A stretch of DNA of 64,000 bases from Camelus ferus (lineage: Eukaryota): NCBI RefSeq assembly GCF_009834535.1, contig NC_045696.1:44084001-44148000 (forward strand). Reading direction: 5' to 3'. The notes under the pieces were generated by a model. That model saw nothing but the letters and a program-made list of their open reading frames with translations, was not told the DNA's origin and did not search any database. Below, one piece after another: positions 38,770 to 51,180 of the stretch (positions are counted from its first letter, which is position 1; each line of letters starts with the position of its first letter). The translations under genes and the position numbers were made by a program.

Positions 38770-40200
38770 CAGGGGTAGAGGCATGTAGATAGACATATCA
38801 GAGTGGGGATAAAGCCTGAAGACTTTGTATCGCATGTTAAGTCCAACCAGAAACCATCCACCATAGAAGAGGAACCGAAGAAGCAAGTAGACAGATGCTC
38901 TCAGCCGGCTGATGTAAACTAGACTTTGTCAAAACTAGCACAGGAGGCACATGAACAAAGTGGCCCAATAGCAGAGATGGAGATTATGCACGGGTTCAAT
39001 AGCATGTACTCCCACTTACCAAGGCTAATGTAGCTCCAGCTCCTTCTGAGTATACAGCACATCAGAACAGATACCGATGTGGAGCCTCCGGGATGGCACT
39101 ATCCCTTGAGAAGATTATTTAGTGGTAAGTTGACAGTATCCGGTCATTTTTACAGTCCAGTTGTCCAGCTGTTGTCCTTAAAGGGATAGATACCTGTTTT
39201 GTATGTGTGTTGTGTCAGCCAGCACCAGGCATCCAAAACTTACAGAATACCTGATCCACAAAGATGAAGTGCTACATAACACAGCATCGATCAGGGGACC
39301 CACTTGGTAGCAAAGGAGTTGTGGAATTAAGCTCAAGACAATGCAGTCCACAAGTTACATCACATACTATGTCATCTAATGGCAGCCCACTTCAGGAAAG
39401 CAGGATTAGCTTTCTAAAGGTGTGGCTGAAAGGCCAGCTCAGAAGAAGCACTCTGGAATGACTGGGTACCATGTGTCAGGATGCAATAAATTTATTAAAT
39501 CAGAGACCTCCGTATTGTGCTGTGCCCACAAAAGGAAAAACACATAGGTCTAGAATCCAAGATACAGAAGCCGAAACGTCTCCATTTACTAACACTTGCA
39601 GTGACTCACTGGGGGAGATACTGTGATTCTCCTCCACAGTTCTGATTTCTACAGAGTTGTAGGTCCTGAAGCCCAAAGGGGCAAACTCTTGCCAAGAGAC
39701 ACAGAGTGTTAGTTAACTATAAGCTAAGTTACTTTGTGCCCAAGGGCAGCAGGCAAAAACAGGAATCACCATGTTGTCAAGGGTAATTGACCCCAATCAG
39801 CAGGAGGTAAGGCTATTTTTATACAATGGGAGCTAGGAGGAATTATTTATGTAACACGGGTGAGCCACTTGGATACCTGCTGATATTCTTTTGTCCCATT
39901 GTAACTGTAAACAAACATGTGAAGCAATCCCAAGCTGAGAAGGGCGTTACTACTGAGTGTTCTCTCTGGGAAGCTTTGGGCCACAAGCCATCAAGACCTG
40001 AGTTGGTGATAGCTGAGAGCACAAGGAATTAAGAACGGACAGTGGGGGAGGGAGTTGAGTGCCATGATCAACTGCCACAATTGGGGTTGTAGTTAATTCT
40101 ACTTACTTTTCTCAATGTTTATTTTAGAAAGAAAGGCTCACAGGGACGATGGAGTAGCTGCTCTCAAAACTGTGTGGGAAAACTGAGAATGAGCAGGGGC
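38770..40200 (+). mobile_element. ERVL-class internal remnant (decayed RNase H end, integrase and dUTPase; ERV3-16A3/ERVL-E-like)
   Basis: Decayed motifs: ggggtagaggcatg (GRGMW), tttgtatcgcatgtt (FVSHV), gcacatgaacaaagtggc (AHEQSG), gggatagatacc (GIDT), gatcaggggacccac (DQGTH), ttaaatcagagacct (LNQRP), ggggtaattgacccc-like (GVIDP). Many stops and frameshifts. Confidence 0.9.
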
Positions 40201-40530
40201 AGGCTCAGGGAGACCATCAGACAGTGATCTAAATTTGATACAAAGTAAAGGAGGACATGTGAGAAGTTTAGATGGATTGTCAGGCAGTCTAAGGAAGACT
40301 TGGCAAAGTTTTGGGGAATCTTTGAAACAAAGTTGTCTATCAGAGCAGACTTGTATCTCCTAAGAATGGGTTTGCCTTAGTATTCCTGTGACACCAAATC
40401 ATTGGCTGAGAGCAGCCCTGGGAGGTGTTGCCTCAGAAGTAATAGATTTCAAAGCACAGTGGCTGAGGTTGTCATTTAAGTTTGTTCCCCGTAGTTGAGT
40501 ATCTGCAAGCACATTCTCCCAGATGTCACA
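40200..40530 (-). mobile_element. LTR16A-like ERVL LTR, 5' portion, reverse orientation
   Basis: Minus strand begins tgtgacatctgggagaatgtgc; plus strand has gaatgggtttgccttagtattcctg...tcattggctgagagcagccc. Confidence 0.8.
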
Positions 40531-40904
40531 GTCATTATTTATTTAAATCATAATGGTCATTTGAAGCATAGTATCTGCCTGACTACAGTTTGAGAATTCC
40601 TAGGTAAAATAGTTCAGATTGTCATCTCTAATAGTCTAAGCAGAAATCTCATAGTAATCTTTACATATCATCTTTTAGATTCATTCAAACATCAGTTCTG
40701 TCTGATTGTGGGCTGCAAAATACTCTTGACCTCTTACCCTGCTTTCATCAGTTCTTGACTGAACTTCATTTTCAACCTTCCAACTTATAGTATAAGTTCC
40801 TTAAAAGCTGGTTTCAGGTGAAATGGGAAACAACAGTCCTCATGTACAGCTCTTTCATGATTAAATGGTGTAATGCCTAGAGAGACTGGCAAATGGTAGA
40901 TATC

Positions 40905-41120
40905 ATTACTAGTGGCTAAAAATATTGAGTACATACTCAATACCAGGCACTGTTCTAAATATTATCTCAATTAAAATTCTAGAGGCTTTACTATATTTCA
41001 AAGGTGAGAACCTGAAGCAGAAAGAGATTAAATAACTTGCTCACATCACATTTATTAAGTTTTGGTGTCAGGATTCTAACTTAAGCAGTCTGACTGAACA
41101 GCACGTGCTCCTCCACTAAA
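40905..41120 (-). mobile_element. MIR SINE
   Basis: accaggcactgttctaa...ggtgagaacctgaagcagaaagagattaaataacttgctcacatcaca...aagcagtctgact. Confidence 0.8.
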
Positions 41121-41395
41121 CTGTTGGCTACTCAATATATGTTACCTTTCCTTCATTTCCCAACTTTCTTTGTTCCCCAATTATATTGTTTTGTTTGTTT
41201 ATTTTGTTTTGTTTTAAAGGCAAAAAGTGAGTCTGGTTTGTATGGTTCATTTCTATATTCCCAGCAGCTAACACAATGACTGAAATAGAGCAAGTACTAG
41301 ATACATGGGAATTAAATGAATGTGCATGTGGGAATATATTGTATAAGGAAAGCCAGTCTTAGCTGTTACATGTGCAGACGAACTTAGTGGGGATC

Positions 41396-41773
41396 TGCTA
41401 TAGACTGAATTGTGTCCTACTAAAATGCATGTGTGGAAGCCATCAACGTCAATGTGATGGTATTTGGAGATGGGGCCTTTGGCAGGCAGTTAGGATTAGA
41501 CAATATCTTGAAGGTGGGGCCCTTCAAATTGGGATTATAAGAAGAGTAAGAGACGGAGAGAGAGAGAGCGAGATTTCTCTCTTTCTATCATCAGAGAACA
41601 CAACAACAAGGTGGCCATCTGTAAGCTAGGAAGAGAACTCTCATCAGGAACTGAATTAGCCAGCACCTCGGACTTAGACTCTTCCAGCCTCAAGAAATGT
41701 GAGAAATAAATATCTGTTGTTTAAAGCACACAGCCTGTAGTAACTTGTTTTAGCAGTCTGAGTTGACTAATAT
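41396..41773 (+). mobile_element. MLT1A-type MaLR solo LTR
   Basis: tgctatagactgaattgtgtcc...caatgtgatggtatttggagatggggcctttg...tgtgagaaataaatatctgttgtttaa...gactaata. Confidence 0.9.
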
Positions 41774-42339
41774 GGGCTATAAGCCCAAGACACAAATGCA
41801 CAGGATTGATTTGTGTCAAGTCATGCTTTTGGAAAAGTGTTAGTGAAATGTGATTAGACAAGTAGAGATGAGGTTCAGCCAAGATCATGGGCATAGCTGA
41901 TATAAAAGTTTATCAGCAAACAGGTACATGGCAGACTGAGATAAAGTTAGGAATAAGGTCAAGGCCACATCAAGAGAATAGACAGGTTAATGTTTAGTAA
42001 ATGAATGAAGTCAAGATCAGGGCTGCAAACTAGGACAGCTATGGAACCAGGGTCAAGACAGCAGTAGAAATAGCTCCTAAGGGCCCTTGTGCTCTGACTG
42101 GTACTTTCTCTAAAGACAGAATGCTCCTTAATTTGTGACTCAATGTGTTTCTCTACTTTGGGAAGAGGAAAAAAGGGAAAGAGGAAATTGAGGGCTAGGA
42201 TTTGGGTTACCTCTGATGTCATATGTCAGGCTAAGAAAAATGTGGTCTCAAATAGAGACTAGCTACTGTATGACCCCATGGGAAAATTTGGGGAGACAAA
42301 TAGCACCAACCACAGAGTTAGTATCAATTTTAAGCAAAA

Positions 42340-42582
42340 CTACTATCTATGTCATGCAGTCTTGAACTGAAGGCTACCTTAGCATGAAGATGGGGGGAGT
42401 ATAATTTCCTGGGCCGGAGAGCTTTTTGTTTAGAGCAATATTCAGAGAAGAAGGGCAACTTTGAGCAAAGCAGCCAACACTCTGAAGCTGAAGGATGGGT
42501 GTTCTGACTGGCAAAGAGAACAGTCATGTCCTCTCAATAGGGAGTGGGCGAGAGAGGGACAGTCACTAGAGTGTCTACCACA
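42340..42582 (-). mobile_element. LTR16-family-like ERVL LTR fragment
   Basis: Minus strand tgtggtagacac...cagagtgttggctgc...gcccttcttctctgaatattgctct. Confidence 0.5.
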
Positions 42583-42719
42583 TCTCACATGAGAAGAGGC
42601 ACAGTCACTTACTGTCTTCCTTTAGGCTCCCAAACCCTTATCATGCCACATCAGTAGTTGTTTGTTCATTTATTCAATTATACTTCTTTAGTTATTTGAA
42701 TCCCCCTTTTGTCTTAATA

Positions 42720-43660
42720 ACCAGTTTCACAAGCTTTGGCCCTGAACCTATCTATCATATTCCATTGCAATACAAATACTGTTGACAGAATATTATTCTA
42801 AAATACAAGGAATATTTTTGTGCCAGTGACTTCATGTATTTCCCATAAATTTCAGGATAATACCTTTTGCAATCTATGCACACCCTTAATCATTTGACAT
42901 AATTTTTAGCTATTCCATTTTTTATGTTCCGCCTCACCCTGCCTTGTACCTTATATCCCAGCAATACCCAGCTATCCATGATTCTCCAACTATGACTTCT
43001 CTCCTGCCTTTTGTCTATGCCTGGAGTTCTCCCTGTCCATCTGTGCTTCTAACAAACTCTTCCTTAAATGTCCTCTCATATCAAAGCTTATCTAATCTGT
43101 GTAGCCTTCTTTGATGCCCTCAGGCAAATTTAGGAACTTATTCTTCTGTGAACCCTTTGCATTTCTTTTTCAGAGCAATTTATAGCATTTAGCACTCAAT
43201 GTTATAATTTTGTTGGCTGTGCTATGGGCTACATATTGGCGCCTCCCCTGCACTTACCAAAATTCAAATGTGAAACCCTAATCCTCCATGTGATGGTATT
43301 TGGAGATGGTGCCTTTTTGGGGTAAGCAGGTCATGAGGGTGGAGCCCTCATGATGGGATTAGTGCCCTTAAAAGTAGAGATCCAAGAGAGTTTGGGAAGA
43401 CAGCCCAATACAAGCCATCTCCCTCACCCAGATCTGCTGGTACCTTGATCTTGGACTTCCCAGCCTCCAGAATTGTGAGAAACAAGTGTTTGTTGTTTAA
43501 GTTACAGAGTCTGTGGTATTGTTATTACAGCAGTTCAAAATGACTAATACCAACAGTAAGGATCTTAATGGCAAGAACAGTCTTCTTGTCTCTGAATAAG
43601 CAATATTAGACACAGTCCCTGTCACACAGTAAACTCCTCAAAAACATGCCTTTAGTGAAA
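42720..43660 (+). mobile_element. L2 3' region split by MLT1A
   Basis: tgcctggagttctccctgtccatctg...aaactcttcc...gccttctttgatgccctcaggc, resuming cacagtccctgtcacacagtaaactcctcaaaaacatg. Confidence 0.65.
43220..43551 (+). mobile_element. MLT1A-type MaLR solo LTR (internally deleted)
   Basis: tgctatggg...ggtcatgagggtggagccctcatgatgggattagtgccctta...ccttgatcttggacttcccagcctccagaattgtgagaaa. Confidence 0.9.
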
Positions 43661-44234
43661 CAATGCATGCAAAAATATTGGTTTATAGACTTTTCCTTGT
43701 CATTCATTACTCTATCAGTCATTCACCCTTTTTTTGATGTTATCATTGTTAGCTTAGCATTTTCCCAAACCTACACTTCTCTCCTCATCAGATGAATTTT
43801 GTCTAACAAGGAAAGGGAGTATAGTGTATACAATTGAGAAAGTGACTTACACACTGCCGATGGTTACTAGAGGGAAAATGCTCTGAAAAAGAAGATAGAA
43901 TATCCTTCAAGTCATGCTAAGTAGAGATTTCTCTGCTATTTCCACATGGGTCTTTCTTAGTGGGGCATCGATCACATGAAGCATTGTTTATGAAGCATTC
44001 CAGCTCCTGTGAAGTGGATAACATTCTTAGGCCACTAGGGGGCTACAGGTACTCCATTTGGGGGACTTTATTTTCCTAGCTACTGTTGTATGTACTAAAA
44101 ACACAGGAAGAAGGCACCAAATGTGCTTGAGGAGAAGTTAAACAAATTCTGGATATCCTTATAAATAACATTTTTTTAGCTTGAGATCAGAAGCCAACAC
44201 TATTTTGGCTTAATTCTGTCTTTGGACAGCAATA

Positions 44235-44460
44235 ACAAAAGCTTTGGAGTAACAGAGATCCAGATTTCAGATCCACTTCTGACACGTAAGAGGAGAGTGA
44301 CCTTTGGAAACAGCCTATTGTATTTCTGAACCTCAGTTTACTTGCTGATTTGTAAATCCAGATCCTCTTGACACTAAATGACAAACAGACTTCAAGTGTC
44401 AAGTGAATGGAATATGTAACAAGTTCTCCATAAACATTAGCAATCGTGATTATTACTGTT
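44235..44460 (+). mobile_element. MIR SINE
   Basis: gctttggagtaacagagatccagatttcagatcc...gtgacctttgg...tctgaacctcagtttac. Confidence 0.65.
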
Positions 44461-44899
44461 TCTGTAACTGAAGAGTTTAGAGCTACAGTCCAGGGACTGA
44501 AATAGTAAAAATATCCTAGGATTGTAAAATGTATTCTCAATGTGTTGTTTTCTTTCCCCCGTCAGTAAGTTTCTAAAGGGGCTTAAGTGATTGGGACTTG
44601 TGTCTATTTTACACAGATAGCAAGGAAAGAAGACAGAAGAATAGCATCCATTCCACAGCCAGTCACATGGAGACAGAATCCACAAGGGAGCAAATAGATA
44701 GTGAGCACAGGAAAGTAGAGAGAACAGGTTGAAACCTGAGGCTTGCTGCAAAGAAGGGAAAGATACTGTGGGAAATTTTGCAGTTCTTACGCATATGCAG
44801 TGTATTACAAGGTCTCACTGCTTCCCTCCCTCTTATGGTGGATCTTGGAGAATTCTCTTTGGAAATTCAATCCCAGAATGATTCATACCTTAACCACTT

Positions 44900-45250
44900 C
44901 CCTTACTCATTTTTTTTTTCATTCATTCAGTTAAAAGATAGTAATTGAACAATTATTTGTGTCCCATATACTGACCCAAGAAAGGGGTCAAGATCTTTTT
45001 AATAAACATTTGATTTGATTCCTTCATGCAATACATGGCTAACATATTCCATGATCTGATACTATATTAGGGGTTAGGGACATAAGAGCAAAAAAGATAA
45101 AAATGATCCCCACACATATGAAGATTATAGTCTTTAAATAGAGACAAATAATAAATAGAAAAATCAAACAAATAATCACTTATTTATCCTAAAAAGATCC
45201 TAAAAGGGTCATAGGAGTTAAATGGGAGGACATGAGAACTAATCATGAAA
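44900..45250 (-). mobile_element. L2 3' end fragments
   Basis: ttcattcattcag...attgaacaattatttgtgtccc and tactatattaggggttagggacataag. Confidence 0.55.
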
Positions 45251-45674
45251 GAGGGAAAGTGACTCAGGTACACTTAACCTGTTTCACAATTTTGCCAAAA
45301 GCCAACCTTTGGCAACTCTAATATAAGCCTGTGATTTATTCTTGGTACAAATTTTCCAATATGTTCCTATGATAAACTTAGGGAAAAGACACGGTTCCAG
45401 GAGTGTGTTCCATTAACAAAGTCTTCTGACACTGTCTGGAATGAGCAGTTTTTACATAAACATGAAATAAGGAGTCTTTGGGGACTTGCTCCTCCAGAGA
45501 GGGGAGATATTTTTAGTTGCAGGAGTTCTGGGATGTGCGGGGAGGATTCAGCCCTTTCAGGCAAGTATAACCAGCTTGCCTTTATGCTCCTGGTCCCAAA
45601 AGCACAAGCGTTCTTACCTGATATACGTTTGAACTATCTTAAAGTTTGTGGTTTATAAAAATATTACTTGAAGA

Positions 45675-45932
45675 GACTGCACAGTGGAGTGATTAGGAGT
45701 GTAGGCTCTGTTGGTGCGCTGCCTGGGCTTGACCTTGACTCTGCCATTTACTTGCTGTGCAATCTAGGGCGAGTCACTCAGCCTTCCTTTGCCTCATTTT
45801 CTGTGTGCGATAGGAATAAACAGAATCAACCTCCTGGGATTGTTATGAGGGTTAAATGAGATAATACTTATAAAATACAAAGATATCCTCATGCACATAG
45901 AAAATGGCTGGTAAACATTAGGTATTTTGTTA
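45675..45932 (+). mobile_element. Near full-length MIR SINE
   Basis: gtgattaggagtgtaggctctg...gactctgccatttacttgctgtg...ggattgttatgagggttaaatgagataatac...gcacatag...taaacattag. Confidence 0.9.
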
Positions 45933-46520
45933 TGTGTGCATATGTGATGTTTGCATTAAGTGTATATAACACTTGTATTACTTATAATATGCACTATAAT
46001 ACGCATTTTTTATTATACAGGAATACTGTACTAGATAAGTGTTCCTATACAGTACAAGTAGGCTGTCTACCCCTTCCCAACAATAAAGGCAATGATTTTC
46101 AAAAATAACATTTATCTGAAATATATGACATTGGTTTCAAAATTTCAGGATGCAATTATAAATGTTGCATAAAGATATGAAAAAAATGTTTACTAATAAG
46201 GCATTTTAAAGGGGCAGTTCATATAGGAGAAAAAGAAGAAAAAAATATTAGGTCCATTGAATTTCATTAGTTTCTGAAAACCATGGCATTGTCTACATTT
46301 CAGCAAAGGACATTTCTAACATGGCTGTCACCAAAGCCTTTCTTTCTAACTCAGAAATAAGTCATGTAGAGTATACCTTTTTTGACAGAAGAGCAGGTAA
46401 TTGAGTCAGCTGCCTGAATTGTCTCAATAGTCTTTATATACTGCATATTGAATATTCAAGAACGGATTAAGTATTTTTAAGATAATCATTGCTCTTTCTT
46501 CCTCCCTCAAATGAACTTAT

Positions 46521-46677
46521 AAAGCTTAACATTTATTAAAAAACAAAACAAAACAAAAAACCACTGAACTAAACACATTGATCTTCCATATCCTAGCTTT
46601 ATTTTATAATCTCTTGCATCTTTGAAATTCATTTTTTGTTTGTTTGTTCGTTTGTTTTTGAAAAGCTTAACATTTAT
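46521..46677. other. 125-bp insertion flanked by a perfect 16-bp direct repeat aaagcttaacatttat
   Basis: Repeat copies at 46521-46536 and 46662-46677. Confidence 0.7.
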
Positions 46678-46679
46678 GA

Positions 46680-46830
46680 TCTGTTTATTTTCACATGACC
46701 CTGTGAGATGGACAGGTCAGATCTTAATATCCCCATTTTACAGATCAGAAACCTGAGGTTTTAAAACTTTTCCAAATTAATAAAACCAGTGAGTTGCTTC
46801 ATCACAAATAGAATTCAGATCTTCTCATAC
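46680..46830 (-). mobile_element. MIR SINE
   Basis: accctgtgagatgg...atccccattttacagatcagaaacctgagg. Confidence 0.8.
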
Positions 46831-47109
46831 CAGCCCATCTTTTCATTTTATATCACTCTATTTTATATTTTGATATTCAGTTATATACCTAGCCCTGTCA
46901 TTATTCCTCCGAGAGAGATTATATTAGATATTTGAAAACAAAAAATCTTATTAACCATAAAATATAACTCTGATTAAAATCTTACTCAATGTCAACCATT
47001 AACATCTTAGTTAAATGCCAAGATACAGAAAGAATATTTGGAAAATATTCCTAATTAATCAGTGTCATTCAATACAATATGTTTCCATAAAATGTCTTTT
47101 CTTAACTTC

Positions 47110-47246
47110 TTTTTTTATTTTTATGTTTTAAAAAAATTTTGTGGAGTGGATAATTAGATTTTTTTTTTAAATGGAGGTACTGGGGATTGAATCCAGGACC
47201 CTGTGCATGCTAAGCATGCACTCTACCACTGAGCTACGCCCTCCCT
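47110..47246 (-). mobile_element. tRNA-Ala-derived SINE, vic-1-like (camelid)
   Basis: Minus strand GGGAGGGCGTAGCTCAGTGGTAGAGTGCATGCTTAGCATGCACAGGGTCCTGGATTCAATCCCCAGTACCTCCA, then tttaaaaaaaaaaatctaattatcc and an A-rich tail. Confidence 0.85.
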
Positions 47247-49565
47247 ACTCCCTTCTTACATTTTTTAAAATTGGTGCATTTCTTTCTATATAGAGTGAAC
47301 TAAAATACTGGTTCTCTGATTTTTACTCAAGAATATGGACTTTGATCATTCATACAGAACGGAAGTATTTTCTCTTTCTATTGCACTCAAGCAGGACATA
47401 AGTTTCTCTTCATTTTATATTAAGGAATCACGCGTTGAAATTGAGGGGGGAAGTTAGCTTTATTCTGCTCTGTGTTTAATAATATTCATTAATGGGTTCA
47501 TAAGCATGGGAGGTAGCAGGCAGTTAATATTCCAGCTGTGAGTCTGGCCTCTAGATTTGCTAAATTGTACAGGCGTCTCCCACAGGGCCTTGTGTTTGCA
47601 CATCAAATCTGAGAACTGATGATGTACATCTTTGGCAAACACTGTTCTCTACTTCTACGATTATAACCTGGATGGGATTGGAATAGGTTAAGGCACGACA
47701 AAAGTGTATCCTTGCACTTTGTAAGATTTGGAAGCACTAAACAAAATAACCATGGGAGGCTGGAGACTTAAGAGTTATGGGGAAAAAAAGAAAAAACCTG
47801 AGAATAAACATAAATACAGAAATCTCCTTTCTCTGATCCTATTTGTTGGTCTTTTCTTCAAATAAATTACTTGTTATCTTGCTCCAAACCCTAAATCACA
47901 GTAGTTCCCTCAGTCCGTGTTCTCTCATAATTTCTTATCTTCCTGATAATTTCAGAATCCTTTAAGTGTGGTTTCTCTGCCTTTAGTCAAACAAGCTGCC
48001 CACTAGGAAGTTCATAAAGACCACCCAGAGTATTTCAGCAGAAATACCCAACAGTGAGCTGATGTTCATAACTGCCAATCCCCATTTGCCTGGCTTCAGG
48101 GAAGCCTTGTATTAAAAAGTGCTGCCACATATTTTTAATTTCCCCAGTGAGTCCGCTCCTCTCCATGCTGCCCTATCAAAGAACTGGATAATATCGAAAT
48201 GTGAAAGAAGGCATACTGTTCTGGAATTTACGTTGTTCTTTTTGTATCAAGAACAAATTTGTGAACATGGGGTATTGTGTCATATGAGCAAACGAATTAG
48301 ATTAACAAAGAATTAAGAACACAATATTATATTCACAGTTAGACCACTTTCATGTAGACTGAATTGTACATAACTATTCTAATGTGGTTGTATTGGAAAG
48401 ATTCAAGCACTGAGGCTAAATCTTTATAATCCTTTTTGTTCTTGTTAAAGCAATTACTTTGTATATTTGAATATTGTCTTTTTCTCACCTACTTGATCCA
48501 AATTTATTCGAAGTCAATGGGATTTTCTACTTCTAGGAAGACACTTTGGTGTGTAAGGTTTTTTTGGGGTTTTTTTTAGGAAAAATTTAAAATCAATCAG
48601 TACGGTAAACTAAGAATAAAATAGGTTAACCATAGATACTAACACTGGAGAAAAATTAATTAGATGAATCAATGTTTTTAATACATTTACACTAGAGTCA
48701 GATCAACTTCATGATGAATCCCTTCATTTGAACATCAGGAAGCAGTTTGTAAAATAGCCAGTTTATTAAAGAAGCAGAGTATAATAGTGCCATTCAGCCT
48801 CTCCTTGGACTTCACTACGTAGCATTTAGATCTGCCTTCTCCAGCTCTGCTGTAATTGAGCTATTGATATCTTAACTAGCAAAATCTGCTCTGACCCAGT
48901 TTTCAAGCCAACTTAATGTTAAATCAGAATGAGTATATTCAATTTCATTTGCCTGCATTAGCATCAATTCCCTTTTTCCTACACTACCACTAAAACGTGC
49001 ACAACCAGGAGGGCTTAGAATCTCTGGGCGTTAATTCAGTTTGATCTCAGATACACCTCAACTCTGCTGAGGCTCTTAATGATTGAGTTTCCAAACAGAT
49101 TTTTCTCAGTTTTTATGTATCCTGAGTTATTCAAATGGACTAATCATTTGAGTTCTTTTTCTGAGTTCTTGTTTTAGAGATTCACCTAGCTCCCAAATTT
49201 CCCTGCAGCTGGGGTTCTTCCTTTCTTTGCCAGTCATTTTCCTGCTTAACTGAAATCCTGTTTCTGATCTCTAGTCCATGTCTAATGGTCTTGACAAGGA
49301 CAAGCCAACCAGAGGCTCTGCCCGCTGCTGTCTAGACTCTGCCCAATAGAGACTCTACATTGGCAGTCTGGATTGGACTACTGGTTACTAAAGTTCTTAG
49401 CCATCTCATCTAAATTGCATATTTTTTCTGACAGACTAAGATTCTACACATTTTCAAAGATACTGTCACACATTAGTATTTTAGAAATAGCTTTACAAAT
49501 TCACAGTACTGAAAATTTTAAGCAGAATGTCACTCAGAAGACTAGCATGTCTTCATGTATTTTCC

Positions 49566-50530
49566 TCTTTTTATTAAAGTATAGTTGATGTACAATATTA
49601 TATTAGTTTCAGGTGTAAAACAGTGATTCATTGTTTTCACAGTTTATAATGTATTAAAAGTTACTACAAGAAAATGGCTATAATTTCCTGTGCTATATGA
49701 TATATCCTTATTGCTTATCTATTTTATATGTAGTCCTTTGTATTTCTTAATCCCATATCTCTAATGTGCCCTTCCCTTCTTCCCTCTCTCCACTGGTAAC
49801 TGCTAGCTTGTTTTCTATATCTGTGAGTCTGTTTCTGTTTTACTATATACATTCCTTTGTATTATTTTTTAGATTCCATATATAAGTGATACCATACAGT
49901 ATTTGTCTTTGACTTATTTCACTAAGCATAACATTCTCTTGGTCCATTCATATTGCGCAGATGACAGAATCTCATTTTTTATGGCTGAGTAATACTTCAC
50001 TATATATATATATATCACATCACATCTTCTTTATCCACTCATCTGTTAATTGCTTTGGTTGCTTCCATATTTCAGCTATTGTAAATAGTGCTGGATGAAT
50101 ATTGGTGTGGGAGCAAGTATCTTTTTGAATGAGTGTTTTGGTTTTTTCAGATATATACCCGGGAGTGGAATTGCTGGGTGATACGGTAGCTCTATTTTTA
50201 GTTTTTGAGGAAACTCCCTACTGTGTTTCATAGTGCTTGCATCTATTTACATTCCCACCAACCATGTACAAAGGTTCCTTTTTCTCCACATGCTCACCAA
50301 AATTTTTTTCTTGTAGACTTTTTGATGACAGCCATTCTGACAGGGGTGAGGTGATACCTCATTGTAACTGTTTTTTGATTTGTATTTCTCTAGTAATCAG
50401 TGATGTTGAGTATCTTTTTATATGCCTGTTAGCCAGCTGCATGTCTTCCTTTGAAGAAATGTCTATTCAGGTCTTATGCCCATTTATGATTGGTTTGTTT
50501 GATTTTTCTGATATTGAGTTATATGAGCTT
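49566..50530 (-). mobile_element. Younger LINE-1 3' end (~1 kb; L1MA9/cetartiodactyl-type)
   Basis: tattaaagtatagttgatgtacaatattatattagtttcaggtgta...ggagtggaattgctgggtgatacggtagc...gacagccattctgacaggggtgaggtgatacctcattg; TSD-like atgtattttc on both flanks. Confidence 0.95.
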
Positions 50531-51029
50531 CTTAATGTATTTTCTTTACTTTGTCTAAAGATGGGAGAAATATTATATGCTAAATACACTATGATAAATA
50601 AATAATAAAGATAAGGAAATAAGGAAGTTCTAGCACACCCAGAGAATTATCAAAAGAGATTTTTTTTTAAACATGATGGATGCAAACAAAAATAGTATAA
50701 AAATAAGAAAACAATTCAACTTGATAATTGTCTATGTTTTTTCATTTTCTTTTGTTTTAAAATTATTTGGCATATTAATATATGTCTGTAATTGGTGAGA
50801 GAAACTTAAGATATTAAATAAACAAAAAATGGTAGAAGTAAAAGTTTCATTCAAATAAAGTTATTTTAAGGATTTTAAAAACAAATTACAAAAATATATT
50901 TACTTAGGTCAAAGTTATTACTTTTTAAAAATGATTAGTATCAAATGAGAAAAGTAAGCTGGCAGTTCTATTGCCACACACTAAAATTTAGTAAAAAGTT
51001 TCTGTTTTCAAAAGAATATTGTATTAATA

Positions 51030-51180
51030 CAGGGAATATCCAAACCAATCAATAAAATAGTAAAACAAGACATTTCAAAAATAGATCTGCATGTATGTGA
51101 GATCTTAAAAAATGACAAAGCTGTTATTTCAAGTCAATGGAAAAAGGATGGTTAATTTAATACATTGTTCTAGAAATGGA
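51030..51180 (+). mobile_element. Old L1 ORF2 fragment
   Basis: aaatagatctgcatgtatgtg...tgacaaagctg...caatggaaaaaggatggttaatttaatacattgttc. Confidence 0.6.

Noticed and set aside
38770..40200. Possible domesticated retroviral integrase or dUTPase gene
   Set aside because: Numerous stops, frameshifts and deletions; no ORF longer than ~68 codons
44187..44751. 117-aa and 104-aa minus-strand ORFs
   Set aside because: They overlap a MIR, have no recognisable protein features and no splice support
47172..47246. Possible functional tRNA-Ala gene
   Set aside because: Altered acceptor stem and B box, followed by a SINE-type A-rich tail; this is a SINE
50237..50605. Longest ORF in the track (122 aa)
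   Set aside because: Antisense reading of L1 ORF2 sequence, a common spurious ORF type
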